A DNA stretch of 64,000 nt from Octopus vulgaris (GCA_951406725.2 OX597820.1:102982001-103046000), one strand, 5' to 3'; positions 43,701 to 58,537 are shown, counted from the stretch's first letter. Notes: generated by a model not told the origin, from the letters alone. Program-made: numbers and translations.

Positions 43701-44599
43701 CAAGGTTGTCAGGTGTGTGTATTTGAATGAATACGTATGTGGTAGGTGCGCGAGAATGTCGGGGATGCCGGGGATGCCAGGGATGCCGGGGAAGCGCGGG
43801 ATGCGGGGTGGGGCTGGTGGCAGAGGGAAGTGTCTGAGGTGGTAGGAAAAGATGAGGCAATGGATTTTGAAGGACGCAAATTTGTAAAAGCGTAAAGTGC
43901 AATCTGAGGGTAGAGGGAGATGAAAGATGAAGTTGTGAGAATGCTGGAGATGGTACTGATGTAAATATATTGCTTCATTGTCAAGATTAGAATTATCAAA
44001 TGAAACTGTATTCTTTGCAACAAATGAAGAATTAACTAGATCAATATTTAATCTTTACTTGACCTGTCTCACACATTTTCGAGATAAATTTTCAATTATT
44101 TTCATTCATTTTTTTCTTTGTTCTATTAGATTTTAATTGCCTGTCAATTTTACCGCATTTAATAATAAATGCAGATTAAATTGTCTCCAACGCTTCGTTT
44201 TTGCTGGCTTAAATCTCAGTGTAAATACTCCTAGTCAGGCATTGCCATGTGCCAGATATAAGCTCCCGCCAGTTCGATACTGTGACAGGTTTCAAACCAA
44301 GTTAATATTATTTTCACTTCATGTGCAATGCTAAAGTCTTTACAAAAAGTATGAATATCACAATGGCCCAATTCTATTTTCCTCTCTTAGGACTACTGTG
44401 TTTTGTCAGTAGGAAATATCACCAGATATTAGCCTAAAGCTGCTGCCGATTATTGTAAAATAAATGGTAAAAATAATTTTTTCAAACTTTGGCACAAGGC
44501 TAGCAATTTAAGGGGAGGGGGAAACGATTACATCATCAGCTGATATTTATTTTATCCACCCCGAAAAATTGAAAGGCAAAGTTGATCTCGGTGACGAGT

Positions 44600-45150
44600 C
44601 TAAGCCAATGTTTTAGTTTCCAAAAGACAAGCATTACCTCTCATTCTACTTTTCTAGAAATATAGGATAGTGTGTAAAACCAAAGAAGGTTATTTCTTTA
44701 ATTTAATCAGGAATAAAGTCTCTTGATTTGATGAAACTATTTTCTCAAGGGAATAAGTTCCTGTTAAATTCATCTTCGTTGCATTCTATCTCCTCTAAAC
44801 CCTTGCCAATGTAGCATTATATGAAAATCTTACTCCTAAATAACTTTCAGATAGATCGAATGTAACCAATAAATACCCTAAATATTTAAAGTTAACCTGA
44901 TGCAACGTTACACACAGCTGTTTCACGTTGCCCGGAATCCTCTCTATAATGTAACTGTTATTCTTATTTGACATGTTTAGTATATCAACATCAACTTCCT
45001 TCATTGACAAGCGGCTTCAGACTATAGTGTATTGGTGATTAACTAGTGACCGGGTCTTAGATCAAATGCGGTCATATTTTTAGTATTGAATGTTGGATGA
45101 GCGTTATTTTTAGCATTGAAGTTCTGCTGCAGACAAAAGCTCTGTGTTAG
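44600..45150 (-). mobile_element. LINE RT fragment
   Basis: FKYLG and SYLGVRF motifs in ORF 44795-45010. Confidence 0.4.
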
Positions 45151-45379
45151 TTCCTATCTCGAAACCTGACATGAAGAAATGTGATATAGAAATATGTATC
45201 ATATTGATTTCAAGTTTCCATACATCACCAGTAAACTGTGTTAAGACTAAATGAATTCAGAAGAGAGTTCAAATGTATCATTTACGCGTCGTGCAAACAA
45301 TTACGACAATCACCAAATAGATTTATCTTTACACTGACGTATTTGCAAATAACTACTTTATAAAGTGGAATACACACAT

Positions 45380-45720
45380 GTATATAAACTTAAATGTTGT
45401 TTGAGACAGACAAGAAAAGTATGTCTCATCATAGAGATCAACCGTTCTGCTCATGTGAATATCTCTTTGAAAATCGATGAGAAAGAGGACAACTAAGGAC
45501 AACTGCGTTGAAACCTCTAGCTTCTATATCCAAATTATAAATTTCTATTTATACAAATAATAATTGGTGCATTTGGTTTTCTGAGTAAATGCCTAAGAGA
45601 CAATCTGGGTAAGCTAGGGCTTTCAGAAAAAGAGATCAACTAAAACACGTATTACAAACACAATCTTTAAGTGGAATAGACGAAATATCTTGTTAGAAAT
45701 GTTTTGGCTAGCCCTGCTAC
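45380..45720 (+). mobile_element. RLE-LINE endonuclease fragment
   Basis: nucleotide similarity to the reverse complement of 6600-6790; YKFLFIQIIIGAFGFLSKCLRDNLGKLG. Confidence 0.75.
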
Positions 45721-46287
45721 TTCCAGGCACCTCTTCAGAACAGTTCACGGTTATAAACTAATTAAAAGTAAATGCTTGGAAAATAATGTTGATTTGACCT
45801 CTTTACTCTATGAATGTACGCTATATTTTCTATGATCTCTCTATAAATTCGATTGTTATTTTTTTAAATATCACTTATTCATGATGTTGATTGTTGGATA
45901 GGTCATCATCAATGCTTATACATGTTTAAATTTTTACCTGAGGATGGCAGATTTATACTATAATGTAATCTAGGAATGCATCAATAAAATTCTACCAAAA
46001 CAGCTATAGTAGATTTTAAACCCATTTGTGTAATTATTTTTGATACCTACCCCAATCCTGAGTTGTATTGGGGTAGGTAGCCTGGAACCAATCCTGAGTC
46101 GGATCTATGTTTTATATTAAATTTGGTACTTACATATATACATACCTGCAGTACACTCTCGATACATGACGCCTAAAGTTTGGTTTTACTCACTGACTGT
46201 GAAGTTAATATCATAGTACCTAGTAAGTCCTGGCGTCCTACGTCTTGATGCGCCAAGATTATAATGAATCCTGTAACTAAGTATATA

Positions 46288-47252
46288 CAGGGTGGGTGAA
46301 AAGTAAGTAAGCATTAAAAATTGGTAATAAAATCCATATTCCTTTTACGAATTTAATAAAACAAATTATATATGTTCTTTATTACATGGGAAAATGAAAG
46401 TAAATCTTCATATTTCAACGTAAGCATCGGTGGCGTCAACCAGTTTTCTAAAACGGTCAGGGATAGAATGAACAACCTTCTGAAGGACGTCGTCTGAGAT
46501 ATCATTGAGAACTTCCTGAATCCATGTCTCCAAGTCCTCCAGTGTGCAAGGTTTTGTCTTGTACAGCTCCTCTTTTGTGTAACTCTACAGGCAAAAATCA
46601 CATATAATGAGTTCTGTACTTCTTGGAGTTCCGATCTTCTAGACTTCTACGGTTACAGTCTTCAGATTTTGGCTCCTGCACGTAACGGGGCTTCCACGGA
46701 TGAAAATTCAATTCTTTATGCAACACCGTACGCATTCTGCGTCTTGTTAGTCCACTTTCACGAGCTGCTTGACGTGTTGATTTTTGCGGGCTGCGATTAA
46801 ACCTTTCCTTCGCTGTTGCCACGTCCTCCGCTAATCGGCTTGTGGTTGGACGGCCACTTCTTGCATCGTTCACAGAACCCGTGGTAGTCAGCTTTGCATG
46901 ACAACTTTTTATTGTTTCCGATCGGAGTATTGCATGCTTACCTTCCCATGCGCGCCACCATCTCTGAACCAGATCAATGGAATTCCACACTTCATAGCAT
47001 GCTGCTATCTTAGCTCACTCACGGTCAATAAAACCAAAATTTAGGCGTCATGTATCGAGATTGTACTGCAGGTATGTATATATATATATGTAAGTACCAA
47101 ATTCAATATAAACCGTAGAAAATACGAAATAAGAAATAAAACAATAAAAAAATAGGAAATCCCCATTTAAAAAAATGATTTAGTCATGGCTTCAGTGATA
47201 CTAAAATTTCTATCAGCAATCTTTAATACCTATTTACTTTCCACCCACCCTA
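46288..47252 (-). mobile_element. Tc1/mariner element, internally deleted transposase
   Basis: about 48-bp imperfect TIRs (cagggtgggtgaaaagtaa / ttactttccacccaccc) with TA flanks; ORF 46598-46990 GSVNDARSGRPTTSR..RSPQKSTRQAARESGL..LNFHPWK; catalytic core missing. Confidence 0.88.
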
Positions 47253-47359
47253 TATATATATATGTGTGTGTGCGTGTGCGTGCGCGCGTGTACGTATGTG
47301 TGTGCATGCATGTGTAGGTAAATATGTATTTACGTATGTATGTATCTTTTATTTTTTGT

Positions 47360-47902
<543 letters not shown>

Positions 47903-47992
47903 TATAAATATGTGTGTGTGAGTGTGTCCGTGAGTGTGTATATGTGTCTATGAGTGTTTGTGTGTATGTATGTGTTCAAAATATCAAGACAA

Positions 47993-48035
<43 letters not shown>

Positions 48036-48533
48036 TACACATGCATACATGTATGTCTATGGGCGAATATATCTACATGTATACATGCATATTATAAAGT
48101 TAGAATCTGTTCTTATTAAGAAATGTCCTCAAATTTTAACCTACATTAAATATTAAGGTAACGAACTAACAGAATCGTTGGAACGTTAGAAAAAATCCAT
48201 ACAGCATTTCTTCCGGCTCTCTATGTTCTGACTCGAAATCGTGCGTGAGATCAATTTTACTTTCATCTTTACTGGGTCGATAAAACAATGTAGCACTGAC
48301 TAGTATTCGATTATATTGACTGCCGATTTGTACGAACATGTAATGGACTAACAGAATACACTTGGGTCCAAATACCTACCAAAACGTGAGGCAACGATGA
48401 TATTATTTGAATGGACACACAGTTTACAGTACTGCCGTCTCATGAATATTATCTATTTGTAATACTCTTCTCTACTGCAAAAAGAACGCGCAAACACGCA
48501 TATACTATCTTTCACTTACACAGATCTATTTAA

Positions 48534-48766
48534 GCCTTTCGCCTATCTTGTGTATCATATGTGATACACAGGAAATGTTTTCCTTTCGTCTATACTTTAT
48601 ATATGATATACGTTCCCAGTTTTTTACAACCGCTAGAGTAACTTGATATAACAAAGGTAAGCTTTATATGACTCGAGACGTATGAAACAAGAGCTAACTA
48701 AAAGTCTGAAAACAAGTCATGAATGTTAAGGACAAACTCAGAAAAATGCTTTGGATAGACAAAGGG
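48534..48766. mobile_element. piggyBac-type MITE
   Basis: TTAA at 48530-48533 and 48767-48770; TIRs gcctttcgcctatc / gatagacaaaggg; subterminal palindrome at 48549-48570. Confidence 0.75.
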
Positions 48767-49030
48767 TTAATTTTTCATTTGTCACACAGAATACTACTTT
48801 ATTGATAATTCAAATCATGAGATTATAAGGGATAATGCGACCAAAAGAAACAAGCATATAGTACAAATTGCATAATAATAAAAAAAATTGACATCAGTAC
48901 ATAACAAAATCACGTCGAATTGTATGAAAGAAATATCATCACAAAAATAATAAACGCGTCTCTCTTCTTGCGTATTTAGTGGTGAACTCCGTGAATTAAC
49001 ATCAATATCATAATATTTATGTCCATACTA

Positions 49031-49440
49031 GGGCGGCGAGTTGGCAGAATCGTTAACACGCCGAACTAAATGCTTAGCGGTATTTCGTCTGCCGTTATGT
49101 TCTGAGTTCAAATTCCGCCGAGGTCGACTTTGCCTTTCATCCTTTCGGGGTCGATAAATTAAGTACCAGTTACGTACTGGGGTCGATGTAATCGACTTAA
49201 TACCTATGTCTGTCCTTGTTTGTTCCCTCTATGTTTAGCCCCTTGTGGGTAATAAAGAAATAGGTATTTCTCCCGTTTTTACGTTCTGCAGAGCTTGATT
49301 TTACCCTTCATCCTTTTGGGGTTCACTAAAATAAGTGCCGGTTGAACAGTGGTCAATGAAACAAGTGCCAGCTGAACACTGAAATCGATGTAATCGACTT
49401 ACCCATACCCCGAATTGCTGGCCTTGTGTCAAAATATGAA
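49031..49440 (+). mobile_element. SINE family A plus duplicated core
   Basis: head and core motifs. Confidence 0.85.
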
Positions 49441-50333
49441 GCCGATTTTATGTTCACACTTTCTATGTTTGTTTCTTATATTAGTACAATGATACAAAGC
49501 ATACAAAATTCTTACGACATAACCAATAACCTCCCAATATATCAAAAGTACAATGTAATACCTGAAAATAATGCAGAAATAATATTTTAAAATTGAAACA
49601 ATACATGGTATCAAAAACAGAGATTGTGAAAGTTAGAAAATGTTGACATTTTGACTTAATTGAAAACAAATATTTCATTAATGCACAATATATTAATTTT
49701 TTTTGAGGCGCACCTATATGCATATAGCTGGTCGAGCGTGAACACTACAAAGAGCAGAAGTTACCAGAGCCAAAATCCTAAGTGTTGACTGTAGACATGC
49801 TCCTTCGCAAACGATCAGCTATTATTTTGTAAATAATCTTTCGAAACTGTTCGTTTTTAAAAAGAGAGATCTGACTCTCACATCACTGCGGGAGAAAGTA
49901 GGTCTCTATTTTCCTCTTACAAAACTTACGTCCGGGAGCCAAATTTGCTTCAGTTTATGGTATTACTCGGGTAGGAGGGGACAGGGGCAGGTGAAAGGGC
50001 GTACAAAAAACACATATGCAATAGGTGTATGTACGTATATGTTTGTGTGTGTGTGTGTGTGGGTGTGTGTGTGTGTTTGTGTGTATGTGTGTGTGTTGCC
50101 CATATATATATACTTAGTTGTGATCTGAACATAACCGCCTCTCACACAGAGGATCGGGGGCCATTTTGGACGTTCTATTTTCCTTGCTGGAAGGGTTGCT
50201 ACCCCATGGGCAAAAGAGGATTGCATGATGGGGTGGTGTTTTCAAAAGGGTTGGCATATGCAACCTGATAACCTCTGCCGATCAAACAACCGACCCATGC
50301 GCGACACTGATTAGCTTATAATCCTATCTTTAT

Positions 50334-50361
50334 CCCGGGCAAAGCCGGGCTATACTGCTAG
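50334..50361 (+). mobile_element. Helitron 3' terminus
   Basis: GC hairpin cccgggc-aaa-gccggg followed 8 nt later by CTAG|T. Confidence 0.7.
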
Positions 50362-50418
<57 letters not shown>

Positions 50419-50569
50419 ATATATATATATATAACAGTAATAATCATACAACGATACTAAAAGTAGACTGGATGATGATAATCTGAGTGGAGCTCTTAAT
50501 TCAGCAATAGCAGTCATGTATCTAGCTATAGACACACAATATGTGTGCGTGTATGTGTGTGTTAGTGTG

Positions 50570-50606
<37 letters not shown>

Positions 50607-52414
50607 AGTGAGAGAGAGAAAGATTTATATGTATATATGCATACAGACACACACACTTTATCCTCCAAAACTAATATTGACTTAATATCTCTGAATATAT
50701 GATAGAATAAAACACAAAAGAAAATGCGAAAACGAATTGATTTATTTGCTATCTACAGGGAAGTAATTTAATAAATGATTTTTCGGAGTGTGGAAAAACG
50801 TTCTTCTATTGAATTTTGTTTGCTGTTTATATTACTGATACTGTTTTATATTACTGATACTGTTTTATATTACTGATATTGTTTTACTTATAGCTGAGAT
50901 CGTTTATTGATGCATGTTATTTTGGGTTTCACAAACTCTTCTCAGGTACAACTATTTATTGAATTTTTATAGTTAATTCTTTCAGAATGTATCAATGATC
51001 TGAAACTTTGCTTCATTGTCTCAGAGACTTTATTTAAATTCTTTCTCAACTAATTTTTACTTTCTTATATTTGAGTGTTAAAAGGATAATAAACGAGAAA
51101 TATGGAGGAATATAACTGTGAAATAATGAAAGAATTAAATATAAAATAAGTATAAGTAAGAAATGGATAACGGTAACAGCAATTATATTATTGGAGACTG
51201 GTTTTATACCTATCGTGCTAATGAACTATGTATCCTACACTGACGTGTTGGCTTTAGGGTGAACCTTTCTTATCAATTATATCTTCTTTGTGCTTAAAAT
51301 ATCCAACAATTTCAAAACTTTATCTATGATAATACAAATACCATCTGCATGAAAGTATCAGCTTTGCTTTCAAAGACATTAACAAAAGATTCCTTGTTAT
51401 AAATACTTATCTATGGCTGCAGGACGTGAACAGTATTTCAATGTTTCTAATTCTCCGAGCAAATTTTGTGAAAACTTTGATCAACAGAATCTTTACGAAT
51501 TCAGTCATAATTAATTTTCCTAATAGCAGCCCACGTAACGATAAGAGTAAAGCCTAGGAAAACTGAATAAATGACAATATCACGTGCAAATATAATACAA
51601 AATATAAAGATATTTTTCAATCGACTTAACATACATTTGTATAATATTTATTGTAAAGTAATATAAATTAACGCTCGAATAATAAATACAAAAGCACGTT
51701 TTAATAGATTACTTATATAGCAGAAAAGCTGAGAGAAAACATGTGGCAATGCAAACTAGTCATAAATGCCTAAAATCAATGAATTAATAAAGATTGTTGA
51801 AAGAAAAGATACACAGACTAATTCTAACAATCATTCACGGAATATTGACTCAAATTCAGATAACTTCCCTGACAACCAAACAATTCTTCTTAAACAATAA
51901 TCACTGGAAGAATTGTGGCTATTGAACACTTGCTATATTGAAAGTATTTATTCGAGATTTTGTAATAACATGACATATTATAAACAGAGAGCTTAACTTC
52001 CGGTATTTCTGGACAGGTTTAGCTAACTCCCGAACCCGTTGTGAGGACCACTCCGACGGTTTCCTTTTTGTTTGAAGAGCAAGCTGTCACTTGTTTTAAA
52101 TATAGGGGATACTGGTAACTCTGATCCAGATTGAAGGGTTTACTGTCATGTTATTCTTGAAAGTCGGAGATCACGTCTAGTAAAGAATTGTGCCCTTGAC
52201 AAGAGTGATATCAGGGGTCTGTAGGCACCCTAATTCGCTCCACATCACTATCACTGTACTAAGGTAATTAGTTTTGTATGTTTTTTTTATTATTTTCTCC
52301 TACACTTTTCTTTGTAATCTACTGGTTTTATAATTCATCCATATAATGTCTCCTCATCTGTAGCTCTTCTGGCAAAAAAGTAATTATTCGTATCATCATC
52401 ATCATCATCATCAT

Positions 52415-52459
<45 letters not shown>

Positions 52460-52461
<2 letters not shown>

Positions 52462-52851
52462 AGGTGGCGAGCTGGCAGAACCGTTAACACGCCGGGCGAA
52501 ATGCTTAGCAATATTTCGTGTGCCGCTACGTTCTGAGTTCAAATTCCGCCGAGGTCGACTTTGCCTTTCATCCTTTCGGGGTCGATTAAATAAGTACCAG
52601 TTACGCACTGGGGTCGATATAATCGACTTAATCCGTTTGTCTGTCCTTGTTTGTCTTCTCTGTGTTTATCCCCTTGTGCGTAGTAAAGAAATAGATATTT
52701 TGTCTGCCGTTACGTTCTGAGTTCAAATTCCGCCGGGGTTGACTTTCCCTTTCATCATTTCGGGGTCGATAAATTAAGTACCAGTGAATCACTCGGGTCG
52801 ATACAATAGACTAGTCCCCTCCCCCAAAATCTCAGGCCTTCAGTAGAAAGG
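52460..52851 (+). mobile_element. dimeric SINE family A
   Basis: two cores; flanked by (TAG)n and (ATT)n. Confidence 0.88.
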
Positions 52852-52931
<80 letters not shown>

Positions 52932-53138
52932 CATTATTATTATTATTCTGTGTTTGACTTTTGCTTTACATTTGTACAAGTTGGCTCCAAGTCTCACCCA
53001 GAGACCTCAAGAGACAACAAGTTGGAAGTTCATGCTGGTGTTAGGTCTAGGGTGCCATATATTTGGTTTTGTACTTAGTATTGTACTAGTGAATGTCTAA
53101 AAACCATGCGAAAATTATGTTTCTTTTAAAGCTTGAGA

Positions 53139-53567
53139 TTACATTGAAAGTATTTTGTGTAGGATATGAGCAGTTCCCATGAGCACTATCTTTTGAATTT
53201 CTGCCAGTTTGGGGTTTCCTGGTATCTGAGTTAGGTAGCAATCAGCCCCTTTTGCTATCATTCCCAGGGCACCTATGACAACAATAATTGTTTTAGTCTT
53301 CAGGTTCCACATTTTCCTGATTTCTATTTCCAGATTTTTATATTTGCTCAGTTTTTGGTAGGTCTTGACAGATACGTTTATATCGATTGGGACAGTCATA
53401 TCAATGAGGAGGCATGTCTTTTGTATAAAGTATTTCAATATGATGTGTTGCCTATTCGCATCTATCTTTCTGTCAGTTTGAATGGTGAAGTTCCAGAGGA
53501 GTGAGATGTGGTCATTTTCAAGCACTGGAGATGGTTTGTGTTCCCACCAGTTTTTATCACAGGGCAA
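53139..53567 (-). CDS. restriction-like endonuclease domain of the LINE
   Basis: LLWNFTIQTDRKIDANR..CLLIDMTVP..KLSKYKNLEIEI..VVIGALG..IQKIVLMGTAHILHKIL. Confidence 0.8.
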   Translation of the reverse strand: MPCDKNWWEHKPSPVLENDHISLLWNFTIQTDRKIDANRQHIILKYFIQKTCLLIDMTVPIDINVSVKTYQKLSKYKNLEIEIRKMWNLKTKTIIVVIGALGMIAKGADCYLTQIPGNPKLAEIQKIVLMGTAHILHKILSM

Positions 53568-54343
53568 GTCCAGGCTTTTGCAAATTACCCAGTGAATATA
53601 TTGTGCAGCTCTATCATGCCTGTTGAGATACTCTGTAGGCGCAAGAAGACTTCACTTGGAGGCAACATGATCAATGGTTTCATTTTGTTGTTGACATACA
53701 CGACATGTTGGGCTGGTGCCGTTCTTTAATATGTTGGCCTGGTAGTTTCTTGTAGGTAGGCATTGACCTTGAGCTGCTATGATAAACCCTTCTGTTTCAG
53801 ATTTTAAGCCAGAGATCATTAGCCATTAATGGGTCAGGGCTTTGTCAACATCTGCATTATTCGCTCTCTGTGGGTATTTGCGCTTAGCTTTTTCTATGCT
53901 TGTTTCTTGTATGCCTAATTCTGAAATTTGTTATATTCGGAATTCACTTAGATATTCCTTTGCCTGTTTTGTTACTGAGTATGATGCTTTCTTGTTTCAT
54001 GTTTTGAGACAGGTTTTAACATCCAGTCCTCAACAACAAAATTAAACCATTGATCATGTTGCCTCCAAGTGAAGTCTTCTTGCGCCTACAGAGTATCTCA
54101 ACAGGCATGATAGAGCTGCACAATATATTCACTGGGTAATTTGCAAAAGCCTGGACTTGCCCTGTGATAAACATCCAGTCCTCAGAGTTTTTCACGTAGG
54201 TGTCTAGGCCAATTGTAGCAATTGATAAACCCCTCTGTTTCAGATTTTAAGCCAGAGGCCATTAGCCATTGATGGGTCAGGGCTTTGTCGATATCTGCAT
54301 TATTCGCTCTCTTTGGGTATTTGCCATAGAGAGGTTTTTCTTG

Positions 54344-55366
<1,023 letters not shown>

Positions 55367-55469
55367 CTGTCAAGTCACAACAAGGACCTCAGACAGATAA
55401 TACTTTCCTTAAGATGTGCGTTGTGCTCAATACGGCTGCTTTTTGCAAGACATTATTATAATTATTATA

Positions 55470-56580
55470 TGAAAACTCACAGCTTATTTCGCTGGGTATG
55501 ATGGAAAGTGTCAGCTGTCCACAGCCAGCGGACTAAGGTGACACTTGTTTTCTGGTCATGCTTCAAGAACTCTGTGAAGAATTCTTGCAGCTCCAAGCAA
55601 TGCTGATTTTAGTAGGTGTCTTACCTTCACTCTTGCACCGATCTTTTTTAGCCATGTGGGTAGCTGAGTGCTGATACTTCCAAGTGCATCAATTACTATT
55701 GGTATCACGTCTCCTCTCTTCATTGACCACAACTTTCCCACTTCAAATCGTCATAGTTGTTTATTTTTTCTTATTTTTTCACATTCATCCATGCTATGTC
55801 GATTATCATACATGTTCTTTCTTTTTATTCACCACAACAATATCCGGTTTTCGATGTCTGGTTGGATGATCACACTAGCTCATTGTATCCCACAGGATTT
55901 TGCAATTCTCATTTTCAGTGACTTGCTCATACCACATCTTTGCTCTTTGTAGGTTGTTTTTTTCCACAGAGCTCACAATGAATTATTCATGCCACATTGT
56001 CGTGGCATCTTTTGTATTTGCGTTATGCCAATTTTGGTCATTTGCCAACGATGTGCCATACCGTTTCAACCCTCTCACCTCACATTCTGCATTTGTCGCT
56101 ATCGGTAGTGTTGTCTATGCTGCATTTCATATAGATGGTCCTTAGCACTTGTTCCTGAGCTGCGCATATGAGTGCTTCTGTCTCTAACTTCAGATCGCTC
56201 CTCCTCAACGATAGCCACCGCTTCTCTGTATCTGTCCTGGCGTTCACATCTCTTGCAAACTAAACGTACGTTTGCTTTTCCTCCTATGCCTTTTCTTTAT
56301 CTTTTTTGTTTTGTTCATTTCTTGTTTAAATTTTTCTTTAGTTACACAATTTTCAGCTATGATGACACCGGCCTTCTTCGTGTGTTTCAACAGTGGTTCC
56401 ACATTTTTTATATACCATCCTAGGTTGCTTTCTTCTGCTTCGATATAGTCCTGGCAACAGGCCAAACCTCTCCCACCCTTTCTTCTGGACAAGTACAGCC
56501 TATCGGTGTTACTCTTAGGGTGGAAGTCTCCGTGTACTGTCAGCATTTTTCTGGTCTTGGTATCCATTTTCTTCATTTCT
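55470..56580 (-). mobile_element. third Dong-like LINE copy
   Basis: HPKSNTDRLYLSRRKGGRGL; VIPIVIDALG..LLKSALLGAARILHRVLEA*. Confidence 0.85.
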
Positions 56581-56584
56581 CTCT

Positions 56585-56760
56585 TTTATAATTCCCGCCC
56601 CATACCGAATGATAATCCAGGGGTCATTCTCAACAAATTTTTAGTTCCTTTACGGATCATTTCAAGTGCTTCCACAATCACTGGTATTGTAACCATCTTG
56701 AAATCAGAAGGAAGAGAATAAACTTGGGGAATAGACCAATTTCTAAAGGTCTGTAAATAC
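56585..56760 (-). mobile_element. LINE RLE fragment
   Basis: KMVTIPVIVEALEMIRKGT. Confidence 0.6.
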
Positions 56761-56866
56761 ATTACGCAGATGGTAAGATCAGCAGTGGTCTTTCCTGTGC
56801 GATAAGGAGACAAAACTAGAGATCAATGAGAGCGCTGACCTTCGTCTAGAAAAGAACCAGTTCACC

Positions 56867-56921
<55 letters not shown>

Positions 56922-57475
56922 GAGTGAGAGGGCAGTGAATGCCATCAAAGTGACACTGAGGTAAAATATACGAAGCCCAGTATACCCATCATGACCACCC
57001 GTCTGATAAGGGTACACGCGGCACATGCAGCACAACCATATATGCGCGACATGGTGATCTCATATCAAGATAAACAGCGCATGACCCTGCAGGCGGGGCC
57101 CAGTTAGAATTTTCTTCTGGTCGAGTAACCCATCCCGCTCAGAAGATCCATGAATAAGGGTTGTTTAAGGATTTTGAACGAAACATCCGTGTTTCCAGAG
57201 GTGAATTATTCAAATCCCAAAGAATCCCTCTCAACACATGGCTATGATGCTCCCCCACTACTTCTGCTCGTGATCAGAGATGCACATATCGTCAGCCACT
57301 ATGGGACATGCTCAACTGGTTATGGTCAAACAACTGACAAGCAAATCTATGGTATTGAGCAGAATATTTGCTGTAGCCCATCTTTTATACCAAAACAAAA
57401 CTGTGTACATGATAACACTTCCAATCAGTTAAGATCCGAAGCCACGAGAGCCACTGCCTGATACTGCATCAAGAC

Positions 57476-57477
<2 letters not shown>
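56922..57477 (-). mobile_element. ORF-less 556-bp dispersed element embedded in (AAT)n
   Basis: (ATT)n tracts on both sides; second partial copy at 19445-19720. Confidence 0.75.
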
Positions 57478-57513
<36 letters not shown>

Positions 57514-57514
<1 letters not shown>

Positions 57515-57760
57515 TGATTGATTGATTAAAAAGCATTTTTCTTGGTGATCTCTGACAACCATATCCGATTTATTAGCCTTGATTTCTCTATCTTTGTGTA
57601 TTGGAAATATCCCAGAGTACGGTCGCGTTCTCATTTTCTGTAACCTTTCCTTGGGTGTGCCTATACCATCTTTTTTTCTTCAGTCATTTCATAGTGTTGG
57701 CATAGCTTCCAGTATATGTAGGTCCCAACTCATGTCTGTGAATATATTCTATCTTAGCCA
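57514..57760 (-). mobile_element. LINE RLE fragment
   Basis: IHKDREIKANKSDMVVRDHQEKCFLI. Confidence 0.7.
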
Positions 57761-58180
57761 GGACAGAACAGCACTAGATATTCTACAGTTAATTGTATTT
57801 CTTTTCGTTGTATGTTTTTGGTGATTTCTGATGGGAAATCTTGATCTTGTGCTGCAATTAAAAAACCTTCTCAACCAATATCTATTTCTTTTCTGTTTAG
57901 CTTAACCTCATATTTGCCATGTAGGGGCTTTTCTTGCCATCGTTTTATCATGATACGCTGTTGATCCAGTTTCAGTTTGAATTTCAGTTGTTTTACAGCT
58001 TTTGTTGTTTCTTATTTTTCTTCATAGTTGTCAGGTACTACAACTTCTTTTTTATATTCTTCAGCTTCCTTAAAGACAGAAAGCAATTTTTTTTTGTTTT
58101 GCTCGTGTTTTGTGGCTATTTGTATCAGTTTTCCTTACTTCTGAAGTAGGTATTTCTGTAATCCTATGGTTGCTATTGTT

Positions 58181-58477
58181 GAGGTGCAATGGCCCAGTGG
58201 TTAGGGCAGCAGACTCGCGGTTTCAATTTCCAGACCAAGCGTTGTGTGTGTTTATTGAGCGAAAACACCTAAAAGCTCCACGAGGCACCGTCAGGGGTGG
58301 TGGCGACCCCTGTTGTACTCTTTCGCCACAACTTTCTCTCACTCTCTCTCTTTCTTCCTGTTTCTTGAGTAACGCTGCGTTGGACTGGCGTCCGGCCCAG
58401 CTGGTGGGAACACATACGCCACAGAAACCGGGAAACCGGGCCCGTGAGCCTGGCTAGGCTTGAAAAGGGCGACAAAA
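58181..58477 (+). mobile_element. SINE family C with a third tail type
   Basis: head matches 28672-28855. Confidence 0.85.
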
Positions 58478-58498
58478 AATGGTTATTTTATAATAGTT

Positions 58499-58537
<39 letters not shown>

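Noticed and set aside
51995-52270. ETS-like ACTTCCGG followed by a donor-like AAG|GTAATT
   Set aside because: All frames closed; promoter or first-exon status unsupported without expression data
57150-57461. 103-aa ORF inside the 556-bp element
   Set aside because: No domain; the second copy is disrupted by deletions across it
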